A stretch of DNA of 64,000 bases from Heterodontus francisci (Eukaryota): positions 67,233,132-67,297,131 of the forward strand of contig NC_090372.1 in the NCBI RefSeq assembly GCF_036365525.1. The letters are read 5' to 3'. This document shows, one piece after another, positions 36,552-48,091 of the stretch; the first letter of the stretch is position 1, and each line of letters begins with the position of its first letter. Under the pieces are notes generated by a model. That model made no database searches, was not told where the DNA came from, and saw only the letters and a program-made list of their open reading frames with translations. Made by a program: the position numbers and the translations under genes.

Positions 36552-37766
36552 TCTGTTTTCTCTCCTTGCAGAAGAGAGTATGCAACTTCGGGGGAGTGAC
36601 AGAGAGCAGAAGCCGGGGGGAGTATCAGGGAGCGGGTGGGGAATGCACTCCAGTGATGGCCACCTTGTTGGCCACTGGCAATGCATGCCCACCTGGTCCA
36701 TTAGGAAGGAGGTGTTGTTCCAGGAGGCTGCAGATGTCAGCAATGACCTGCCACAATAGCCTAAACCTCCTGAGGCACTGGTACCCTGATATGTCGAGAT
36801 AGCTGATCCTCTGCCTGTGTTGGAGGTCTTGCCTCCTGAGAGCTGCATCTCTGTGTTCATTCTCTCTGCCGTGTGGTGAGACATATGACTGAGGAGAAAG
36901 CAGCTGGTGCTCCTGCTCCCCTCGTTCCTCATCAGATGTGCAAGGTAGAACTACAGAAGTTGCTCCCATGTTGTGCTGAAGGCTGGCAGCAGGGAAGTGC
37001 AGCTGAAGGTGAGTGAGGTGCATGACCGGTGTACTGACTTCCAAAAAGTTGGCAATCACCTGTAAAGCAGAGAAAGCATTCTGAGAAGTGTTGTGCACAA
37101 CAACCTTTCACCTGGGCATGGCTTGAGCACTTCAATTTTACTGTTCAAAGCCTTCCCAGCCTGTCAGTTTCACTGAAGAAGCACTCCCCACTAGCCTGGT
37201 TGACCCCGAAGACTTGCTGTCAGATTGGGAAGTAGGTGAGCTGGCTGTTAAAGCCAGAACACTTGGTTAAAACAGCAGTTAATTACCTATTTGAATCTTG
37301 TAATGACTTATCCGACAGCTCCAAGGGGCTTTCCCTGCTCGTCCGCCAACCAGCTTGGGTGAAATCCGAAAGAGAGTTGGTGATGTCAGGATCCCAACCC
37401 ATCATCACTTTTAGGGGATTTAACTCCCCACACGCACCCAAACCCGCCTCCCTTGCCCGTAAAATTTCACCCCCCACCTCCAGTCTTTGTTCTCTCTCTC
37501 ATTCCAAATTTCTTTAATTCCTACTCAGTTTTTGTCCCTCCCTGGAATGTTCTTTTATGTAAGGACCACTATATAAATGTAAGTTACTGTTGTAAATTCA
37601 CATCATCTGTTATATAAATGGTTTGTCAAAAATCTGGCATTTATACCATATTAGGTATAAATTTGCAAAGGTCAATAGAATTATTGTACTTATTTAACAA
37701 TCACTACAACCATCAGCATTTCTGATCTAGAAGGGCAAACGTTGATCGAAAAATCCCACCCTAATC

Positions 37767-38220
37767 ATGGAGGGCGCTAGCTATGAAGAGAGGTTGAGTA
37801 GATTAGGATTATTTTCATTAGAAAGACGGAGGTTGAGGGGGGACCTGATTGAGGTGTACAAAATCATGGGAGGTATAGACAGGGTGGATAGCAAGAGGCT
37901 TTTTCCCAGAGTGGGGGATTCAATTACTAGAGGACACGAGTTCAAAGTGAAAGGGGAAAAGTTTAGGGGGGATATGCGTGGAAAGTTCTTTACGCAGAGG
38001 GTGGTGGGTGCCTGGAACGCGTTGCCAGCGGAGGTGGTAGATGCGGGCACGATGGCGTCTTTTAAGATGTATCTAGACAGATACATGAATGGGCAGTAAG
38101 AAAAGAGATACAGACCCTTAGAAAATAGGCGACATGTTTAGATAGAGGATCTGGATCGGCGCAGGCTTGGAGGGCCGAAGGGCCTGTTCCTGTGCTGTAA
38201 TTTTTCTTTGTTCTTCTTTG
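37767..38220 (+). mobile_element. Young CR1 (HER1-like) LINE 3' end
   Basis: Intact C-terminal frame YEERL...RGDLIEVYK...WNALP; tail GGCCGAAGGGCCTGTT shared with HE1 SINEs. Confidence 0.92.
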
Positions 38221-39589
38221 TATTATAGAGTGACCCCTGTTAGTAAGGCTGTACTTGAGAATAGGTGCAGGCTCTGCTGTGATGTTTTCCTCAACCAAAT
38301 AGCTTTTTGACACTCACTGTCTAGGCTCATATTTGACGAATAGTCACTTGGGCAAGACACCAAAGAACTGCTTGCATCCATGGAAATGTCCCCACCAAAT
38401 GGTTAACACCTTCAGCAGAGGAAGGAGAGAATATTGGCATTAAAGAATTTCACCATTGAAGAAAAATGACAGATGAAAATGCAAGGAAAAATAAAAAGAT
38501 ATTTAAAAAACATGCATCAATTTGCAACAAAAAGTATATCCTCGAACCCTTCAGCTTCCTCCTTGAGTCGCCTTCCACTCTTTAGATACAACAAATATTC
38601 TACGTTTGAACATATGAGTTGGTTTGAATGTTCCAAGTTAGGAATTGCGAATAAAATGATTTTTAAAAGTTGTGCCACATATGATATTCAATAACATCTG
38701 TATTTTTAAAAATCTTTTTGGCACTTCTCAGCATCTCTCCTGATAAAGGACACCTTTTTTTGGGCTAATTTGTCCCAGGTATTTATTGTATCAGTTTTAA
38801 CTGGGAAATCCAATGATGCTTTCTTGATCTTTTAGAAATTCTTTCAATGCTATATTCAGTGCTGTGAAGTTCGCCATTTTCCTTGATTTACTACTGCTCA
38901 CAGTACAAACAATTTATTTCACTTGTGCTCTGTAATTTGCATAATATCATTAAAGCTTATTATAGGATAGTGCATCTCACCACAAGAAGTACATCATCAT
39001 GCAGAAATTAGAAAAACATCACCTGTACAAGAAATATGCATACTTCTTATATTTATCATTACAGTTGCCTTGACATGCAGAAAGGATGATTCACTGTCTT
39101 TAGTGATTACATCACTTGGTTCAGCATCAAACCAGCTTTAAAAAATTATTCTAAATGGCACATTTAAAATCATATGTATTTGACTCAAAGTCCATTTCAG
39201 TCAGTGCTGATCAACCCCTTCAATGACCAGTGGCGAACGTGTGGGAGACTGGGAAGATGAGAGAGGTAGAAAAGAGGAATGAGAGAAGTGGAGGCCAGAA
39301 AATACCTGGAGGAGGTGCAGAGTCCTGTAGCAGAGCAGGTTATAAAACCTGCTGCTGCTTAAGGGGCAAAGGCAGCATTGAAAGTATCAGGCAACTAGAA
39401 CAACTAATATAGCAGCCAGATCAAAGAAGTGAGTGATAAGCTTCAAGGTGTAAATCCATTTAATGGAGATATGGAGCAGGAAGAATGGTCTCTTTGGTAT
39501 CAGGGACCAGAGGCCTGAGAATGTAGTTTGCGCTTTGTGAAGGGATATGACAGAACCCAAACTGAGCATCAGTGTGCAGGTTATTGCTG

Positions 39590-41315
39590 AGTAAATGCTG
39601 CTTGATAGCACTGTCAACGACACCTTCCATCACTTTGCTGATGATTGAGAGTAGTCCGATGGGACGGTAATTGACCAGATTGGATTTGTCCTATTTTTTG
39701 AGAACAGGACATAGCTGGGCAATTCTCTACATTGTTGAGTAGATGCCAGTGTTGTAGCTACTCTGGAACAGCTAGGCTAAGGGCACGGCTAATTCCTCAA
39801 AGTTTTCAGTAATATAGCCAGGATGTTGTCAGGGCCAATATCCTTTGTGGTATCCAGTGCCTTCAACCATTGCTTGATATCATGTGGAGTGAATCAAATT
39901 GTCTGAAGACTGGCATCTGTGATGTTGGGGACCTCGGGAGGAGACCAAGATGGATCAACCACTCGCCACTTCTGGCTGAAGATGGTTGCAAATGCTTCAG
40001 CCTTGTCTTTTGCACTGACGTATTGGGCTTCCCCATCTTTGAGGATGGGGTATTTGTGGAGCCTCCTCCTCATGATAGCTGTCTACTTGTCCACCAGCAT
40101 TCACAACTGGATGTCGCTGGACTGCAGAACTTTGATCTGATCAGTTGGTTGTGGAATCGCTTTGCTTTGTTTATCGCATGCTGCTTCTGCTGTTTAGCAT
40201 GCGTGTAGTTCTGTGTTGGAACTTCACCAGGTTGGCAGCTCAATTTTAGGTATGCCTGGTGCCGCTCCTGGCATGGTCTCCTGCACTCCTCATTGAACCA
40301 GAGATGATCCCCCTGGCTTAATGATAATGGTAGGGTGAGGGATACGCCAGGCCCTGAGATTACAGATTGAGGTTGAATGCAGTTCTGCAGCTGCTGATGG
40401 CCCACAGCACCTCATGGATGCCGATTTTTGATCTGCTAGATCTGTTCTGAATCTCTCCCATTTAGTATGGTGGTTGTGCCACACAAGAAGATGGAGGGTA
40501 TCCTCAGTGTGAAGATAGCAGTTCATCTCCAGTGGGACAGTGCAGTGGTCACTCCTACCAATACTGTCATGGACAGATGCATCTGTGACAGGTAGATGGT
40601 GAGGGCAAGGTCAAGTCGGTTTTTCTCTCTTATTGGTTCTCTCATCACCAGCTGTATGCCCAGTCTGGCAGATATGTCCTTCAGGACTCGGCCAACTCAG
40701 TCAGTAGTGGTACTACTAAGCCATTCTTGGTAATGGACATTGAAGTCCCCCACCCAGAGCACATTTAGTGCCCTTGCTACCCTCAGTGCTTCTTCTATGT
40801 TCAACATGGAAGAGTAATGATTCATCAGCTGAGGGAGGGCGGTGGGTGGTAATCATCAGGAGGTTTCCTTGCCCATGTTTGACCTGATGCCATGAGACTT
40901 CATGGGATCTGGAGTCAATGTTAAGGACACCTAGGGCCACTCCCTCCTTACTGTATACCACTGTGCCACCTCCCCTGGTAGGTCTGCCCTGGGAGATACC
41001 CAGGGATGGCAAGGGAGGATGTGAAACATTGGCTGTACGATATGATTCTCTGAGTATGACTCTATCAGGTTGTTGCTTGACTAGTCTGTGGAACAGCTGT
41101 CCAAATTTTGGCACAAGTCCACAGATGTTAGTGAGGAGGACTTTGCAGGGTCAACTGGGCAGAGTGTGCCGTTGTCTGTTCCGGTGCCTAGATAGATGCT
41201 ACGTGGTCCATCTAGTGTTATTCTAATTTAACTTTTTGGAGCAGTTTGATGCAACTAAATGGCTTGCTAGGCCATTGCAGAGGGCAGTTAAGAGTCAACC
41301 AGATTGCTGTGGGTC
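39590..41315 (-). mobile_element. Second copy of the tRNA-headed CR1-group LINE (3' truncated)
   Basis: PKFGQLFHRLVKQQPDRVILRESY, GGGTVVY; collinear with 24070-25500. Confidence 0.85.
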
Positions 41316-41643
41316 TTTTTTTTATTCTTTCATGGGATGCAGGCATGGTTGGCAGGCCAGCATTTGTTGTGCATCCCTAATTGCCCTTGAACTGAGTGGC
41401 ATGCTCGGGCATTTCAGAGGACAGTTAAGAGTCAACCACATTGCTGTGGGTCTGGAATCACAAGTAGGCCAGACCAGGTAAGGACATCAGATTTCCTTCC
41501 CTAAAGGTCATTAGTGAATGATATGGGTTTTTATGACAATCCAGTAGTTTCCTGGTCACCATTACTGAGACTGGCTTCTTTTTTATTCCAGATTTATTGA
41601 TTAATTGAATTTAAATTCCCCCAGCTGCCATGGTGGGATTTGT
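41316..41643 (-). mobile_element. SINE composed of the 5' and 3' ends of that LINE
   Basis: Body matches 23915-24130 and tail matches 26688-26760 with poly-A. Confidence 0.8.
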
Positions 41644-41649
41644 GTTGCC

Positions 41650-42650
41650 TGTAATATCTTGAAAATTTAAATCAAATCACCCCTTAACATAAATTCCAAG
41701 GAATACCACCTTAGTTTGTGTAAACCCCCCTTATAATTTAACCCTTGGAGTCCAGGTATCGTTCTGGTAAATCTACACTGCACTCCCTCCAAGGCCAATA
41801 TATCCTTTCTAAAGTGTGGTACCCAGATCTGCTCACAATGCTCCAGCTGTGGTCTAACCAGGGCTTTTTATAGCTGAAGCATGACTTCTACCCCCTTGTA
41901 TTCCAGTCCTCTAGATATATAGGCCAGCATTCCATAAGCCTTTTTGATTATTTTCTGTACCTGCTCATGACATTTTAATGATCTATGTCCCTCGACTCCC
42001 AAGTCCCTTTGGACCTCCACTGTTCTAGTTTTTCATTATTTAGAAAGTACCCTGTTCTATCTTTTTTAGGTCTAAAGTGGATGACCTCACATTTTCCCAC
42101 ATTGGAATCCATTTGTCAGTTTTGCCCATTCATGCAATCTATCAATACGGCTTTGTAATTTTATGCTTCCATCTGCACTGCTTACAATGCACCTATCTTT
42201 GTGTCATCAGCGAATTCAATTATGTGGCTTTCTAACCCATCATCTAAGGTGTTAATAAATTTGGTGAATACAGTAATGAGTCACTGCCATAAAAGAAATT
42301 CCATCAGACCTGTTTCTTTTGCTAATTACCTTAAATCTGAGTCCTCTGGTAACTGATCCTTCTACCAATAGAAACAGTTTCTCCTTATTTACTGATTCAA
42401 AATCCTTCATAATTTTGAATACCTCTATTAAATCTGCCCCTAACTTTCTCTACTCTAGGGAGATCAATCTCAGATTCTCTAGTCTATCCACATAATTGAA
42501 GTCCTTTATCTGTAGTACCATTTGAATAAATCTCCTGCACCCTCTGCAATGCTTTCCTGAAGTGTGATGCCCAGAATTAGACGCAATATTCAAGCTGAAG
42601 CTGAACCAATGATTTATAAAGGTTTAGCAAAACTTCTTTGCTTTGTACTT
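41650..42650 (-). mobile_element. Two old CR1 RT/3' fragments
   Basis: FADDTK (TTTGTGTCATCAGCGAA) and RGDL-like motifs on the minus strand. Confidence 0.75.
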
Positions 42651-43216
42651 CAGAAATTACATTTCAAAATATTTAAAATATTTTTAAGTAAGGCAGTTAT
42701 TTTGTGCTGTGTTTTCTTACCTGGAGCTAGGAACGTATAAGCATCTGCTAAACTGCAAACTCCTGTCACTAACAGCAATTACCCTGTAATTGCTCTTAGG
42801 ATATAAGTATTTACAAGAATTAGAACTTGTGGCCTGAATGGAATGCCAAATTAAGCACAGCTGCACTTTAAAAGGAAAACAATGCAGTATGCATTACGTA
42901 ACATTACAGACGGACATACGAGTATACAAACTAAGAGCACAAGTAGGCTATTCAACCCCTTGAGCCTGCTCCGCCATTCTATAGGATCATGGCTGATCTG
43001 TTTGTGATAACAACTTCACTTTCCTGCCTACCTCTGATGCCCTTTGACTCCCTTATTTGTCAAGAATTTAATTACTATCATGGTGCTAGTCATGATAATG
43101 CTATGGAACAGCTGTTGATATATTATGTAAAATAAGTTACTGTGAAGAAATTTCAAGCCAGTATTCCAATTTCAGGATTCAAATGATGCTTTACAAACCA
43201 CTTGACAGACTCTGGT

Positions 43217-43280
43217 AAGGGGTGTCAAACATAAGGCCCATGGGCTAGATCTGTCCCATGATAGTTTAATTTGGACCATA
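43217..43280 (+). mobile_element. hAT/Charlie-like terminal remnant
   Basis: AGGGGTGTCAAACATAAGGCCCATGGGCTAGATC. Confidence 0.45.
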
Positions 43281-45612
43281 GTGCCCTGTGCTGCCATATA
43301 TCCAGAAAAGCTTTTTAAACTTTGCACCACAGCAACACTCGAACCCATCTCGCACATGCATATAAAGGAGTTAGACGGATCAGATCTGAAAGTATAATTA
43401 TCAGTGAAATGTACTTTTGAAGTAACTAGGTTATATAAGGAGGGTTTTTTAGGGTTAGTTATGTAGCTGGAGAGAGAGAAACCTGAGGCTACCCTCATAC
43501 TGTTTAGATTGATTATCAATACTGTATGAATAAAGTTTGCTCCCTATACTTAACTGTATTATGATTGTCTTACTTGACATATGTTGCTGTGAACCACGGC
43601 AGGAAGGAGGTTGACTAATAAGATGCTGGGATGTAGTTGGGAGACATATTGGTGTGGGGTGGGGCTGCAGTCGGCAGATTGGGGCACAGAACAGGGGGAA
43701 GAGAGTGGCAGGACTGGGGTTGGGAGATGGGGGCTAAGGGAGAAAGGGTCTCTGATGAATAGGTCAGGATATGACTTAGGCGGGTGAGGCAGACTATGGA
43801 ATGGGATCGTGAAATTGGGGCTTGGGTAGGTGGTGAGTGGAAAACTAGAGACTGGGGATTAGGGAAGATTGTAAGAGGGATGGGAAGGTGTAACGTGGGC
43901 ATGCAGCTCAGCATCTCCTGCAGAGCCTGGGCCAGCAACTTGATGAGTGGAAGCAACATCAAGAGACGAAAAGCCACTAAAGGGATGAGTGAAACTTGGA
44001 TAAACGGTGTTTGTTTTCGTGGTGGGCTGCTCATAGTAGTGCTGTGAAACTGGGAGATGCATTCTTGCTCCTCCATGCTCCCCAGAAGGGAAAGCAAAAA
44101 AAAAAACTTTCCCTATCATTTCTTTGGAACCCTTTAAGGACCAATATTTTGGCCCCTATAAAACTGTAAAAACTAGTTAGAGCTTGCATAAACCATGGTC
44201 CACCTAGTTTTGCATACATTTTACAGAAGATCCTAAAAAAGGTACAAGACTCTTCATTGCATATTTAAACTGGTCTAATGCTAATGTCAGGTGGCCTCAA
44301 GGATGCCTAAAAAGCATGTGGACTACAATGCCAGTGGCAATGGCACTAGCATAGGTTAGCTACAAGTTCTCATGCCTAAAAATGGTATACATTGTGCCCA
44401 TTTTACAGCCAAAAAAATGGGCAAAACACATACTAATTTCAACTCAGGATGTACAAATGACATTTATTGAATGTGACCCACATCAAGTTCCAGGAATGTT
44501 AGATCAGGTCCACAATGCAAATTCAGTCTGAAACCCCTGGACAATAACATTCTCTAAACCTCTCAATGAGATAACTGTCTTGTAGTTACTCCCAGCCATC
44601 CATTATTCTTTCCTTTCTCTGTGAAGATATTTATTATATTTGAGATTCAATTTAAATTGCATTTATTTGCTAATGCTTTCAAGTCTGTCCAATCATAAAA
44701 TATCTAGAGTGTGAAAGGATTTTTAAATGTGCAATCGTATTTATCAACATTTCATTATTTACATATTTTTTCAACATTTCCTTTTTAATATTTATTAAGG
44801 TAAAATATAATGCACAAAAATAACAAATCGAGAATTGCAGAATGGAGGATCTATTCTACTTTCAGCAAGATTTTTAATAAAGTTATGAGTATACCACTCA
44901 TCAGTTATCAGATCTTTCTCCTTCCTATGTAACAGTGACAACACTTCAAAAAATACTTCATGTTGTTATGAATGTGATTCTATTTTTAAATATTTTTTGA
45001 TGACTCGTGTTTAAAAATTATGGAAATGGATTCATTTGAAAGACTGAAGAGATTCCATAGATGCTGGATTTTGTTTTTTTTTTAAAGGTCACTGGAAGGA
45101 CTTGAGATTTTGTTTAAAACAAACCCTTACTGGAAGTCACATGTCTTAAGCTAAGTAAACAGCAGGAGCCTTGGTGACTAAGGGAGTTATTTACAGAGAA
45201 GTGACATGTCAAGGTGTATGATTGTCAAGAGCTGGTTTCATTTTGGATATTGTTTTGAGTCAGTTGGGGATAGGTCTGCTGAGAAAGCTATCAGCTCATC
45301 CTTTTTCCACCTCTTTGAGAAACACTGAGAATCCAGTGTGATAGCTGAAACCCCTGATGCAGTGATTCTCCTTGAAAGCCTGCCAGACTAATCCACGACA
45401 GCGCATGAAAAGAACTGCTCCAAAAGATCCCAGTGACAGCTGTCTACGCATATTTGGATGCCAGAATAAAGGACCACCTGCGAACATACCATATCTTATC
45501 CTTTTCCTTCAAGAATTAACAAGTATTTGGCCAAAGTATTTTTTTTCTTTTTTTTGTAAAGAGATCTCTGCAAAGAAAACTTCTTTATATATTCTTTAAC
45601 CGGCATGTGTGT

Positions 45613-45651
45613 GAGTTCTGAAGAAGGGTCACTGACCTGAAACGTTAACTC
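45613..45651 (+). ncRNA. Minimal type I hammerhead ribozyme motif
   Basis: GAGTT-CTGAAGA-A-GGGTC-ACT-GACCT-GAAA-CG-TT-AACTC: stem I GAGTT/AACTC, catalytic boxes CUGANGA and GAAA, palindromic ACGU in place of stem III. Confidence 0.7.
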
Positions 45652-45752
45652 TGCTTCTCTCTCCACAGATGCTGCCAAACCTGCTGAGTATTACCAGCAT
45701 TTCTTGTTTTTATTTCAAATTTCCAGCATCCACAGTATTTTGCTTTTATTTT
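45614..45752 (+). mobile_element. 139-bp Penelope-derived element
   Basis: Matches Penelope terminal region; flanked by ATGTGTGTG direct repeats (45605-45613, 45753-45761). Confidence 0.8.
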
Positions 45753-46012
45753 ATGTGTGTGCACGTACTGGGTTTAATTTAGAAGGGAACTTTCATATTT
45801 CAACATGTGTGTTAAAGCTTTGCATCTTTATTGAATAAGCCTCGTTTTATAATAAATCAATAATTTTGCTGTTTATTAAAGAAGCCTGGTTGGTGGATTT
45901 TATTCTGGAACTAAAATAGATAAAGCATATAATTGACCATATCGATAACTAGGTAAAAGATTTAAATATATGTTGTGACCCATAGAGAAATGGAACTAGA
46001 GAAAGACACAGT

Positions 46013-46308
46013 GGCACAGTGGTTAGCACCGCAGCCTCACAGCTCTAGCGACCTGGGTTTGGTCTGGGTACTGCCTGTGCGGCATTTGCAAGTTCTCTCT
46101 GTGACCTGCGTGGGTTTCCTCCCACATGCCAAAGACTTGTGGGTTGATAGATAAATTGGCCATTGTAAATTGCCCCTATTGTAGGTAGGTGGTAGGGGAT
46201 GTGTGAGGGGAAATGGGATTAATGTAGGATTAGTATAAATGGGTGGTCGATGGTCAGCATAGACTTGGTGGGCCAAAGGGCCTGTTTCAGTGCTGTATCT
46301 CTCTAAAA
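46013..46308 (+). mobile_element. HE1 SINE nested in the LTR
   Basis: Family sequence with small deletions; ACAGTG on both sides. Confidence 0.88.
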
Positions 46309-47869
46309 CAGTGCACTCCACCAGCCTTGGTCATAAGTATGTAACGCTCTTCGGGGCATCTGAGGATTATGAAAGGTGCTATATAAATGCAAATCTTTTT
46401 CATAGATTAGGATTTACTCAAATAACTCCTTTATGGTACAGATACTGGCTGAATTATTGAGACTGTTAGATATTAAACAGAAACCATCACATACACATTG
46501 CCTTAGTTTATTAGTGTAGTCAAAGTGTTTCAGAAATGCCAGTCAAGAGACAGACCAGCTAATTAATGGACTTGACTTCTATTATTAGCACCTTGAATGG
46601 AATCATTTTAAAGCATAAGTGATTAATTTTCTAATAAATGGAATTACACCAGGTTTGACAGATCTGAGCATCATTCCTTACATCTCATGAATCACAAATT
46701 TATGGCCACATGAATTATAGTTTATGTAATTGACTTAGTCCTCCACAATAATAATGTTCAAAATTGATTTCCTTCCTGAGACTTAAAATGGTGATAGTCA
46801 AGTTCTTTCGATTATACAAGTACTAAAATAAGGTCTGATGCTTCATTAGCCAGTACCAGATACATTTTAAGTTTCTCCATGGAAAGAAATCAAATGCTTA
46901 TCTTTACAGTTGCCAGTGAACTATCTAGCTTCATGGAAATTGCTCTAATATAAACATGAACAAACACACACTAGGGCTTGATTTATTTAAAAGTTGGTAC
47001 AACACAATGCACTTTGTGGTTATCGATTTTCTGCTAAAGCACTGAATTCCATTGTATACTTAGTGGCAAAACACATTTCCAGGAAATTGTAAAGTAAGAT
47101 CCAAAGTAAAGGTTTTAACTTACTGAAAGTAGTTATTTGGCAGTTTTATAAGACAGTAAACATCTTTATCAGATGTCACACTCATTTTGACTGTATTTTT
47201 GTCTAAAATACTGAGGAAAGCTAGATGGCAGGGCTTTAACTTTTCCTCTACTCCTCCAAGTTCTCACTTGTGCCAGTCTAAGGTTCCACAGCCACGGAAT
47301 GCCTTGTCTAATTAACCATTTTTCATTTGTCTGCGTAACTGTGGGAAGTATCTTATCCTCATCCAATAATCATACATGTGCCCCTTTTCAGCAATAGATA
47401 GCAATTGAGAGTGGATGATCTTTCAAATTCTAGTCCAGAATTTCTGAGACCAATTATAGAAGCTTCCTGGTCCATTTGGAATATTTCCACAATGCAGAAG
47501 AATGACTTACTGAACTATGAAAGGTGCTGCTGAGAGGGCAGTTGAAATTAGATTTTTCATAAAAGGAATGTGTTAATGCATTGTTCTATGGAGTAATAGA
47601 TCTATAATTCTCCACAAAGTTCCCCAGAAGGAAGAACATTATATCACCAGTGGCATTAATCAAACACTGAGAGTTCGGGGACAGAGCAGTGGAGTGGAGT
47701 GAGCATTTGGAAGCAAGGTTACAAAAAACTAAAAGTATCATCAGCTCAAGGGAGGGTGCTAACTGGTGAGTTTAAAAAAAATAAATCTTTAGTTTATTTG
47801 TGTTAAGTTTAGTTAGTCTGATAAATAGAGTTCGAGCTCCTCCAGCCGATGATGCTTCCTCCACATGTG

Positions 47870-48063
47870 GTTGTTCTTTTTTTCTTACCCTCCTCCCTTT
47901 CACTTGGTCAAAACCTATTACATTTATAACTTTTCTCAGTTCTGTCAAAAGGTCATCGACTTGAAATGTTGACTCTGTTTCTCTCCACAGATGCTGCCAG
48001 ACCTGCTGAGTAGCATTTTCTGTTTTTGTTTCTGATTTCCAGCATATGCAATATTTTTCTTTT
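47870..48063 (+). mobile_element. Penelope-derived terminal fragment
   Basis: Reverse complement of 60887-61060; degraded hammerhead. Confidence 0.7.
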
Positions 48064-48091
48064 GTGTCATATGTGATCTCATTAAAGACCA

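Larger units (their letters stand above)
35691..37473. mobile_element. Internally deleted Harbinger element C
   Basis: GGGCAGAATTTT / AAAATTTCACCC ends; GPGGHALPVANKVAI transposase fragment (-); collinear with element B. Confidence 0.65.
44964..46338 (+). mobile_element. Gypsy-like solo LTR with nested insertions, inside a SacSINE1 tail
   Basis: TGTTATG...CATAA ends, TSD ATGT (44960-44963, 46339-46342); SINE tail resumes at 46343-46400. Confidence 0.7.
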
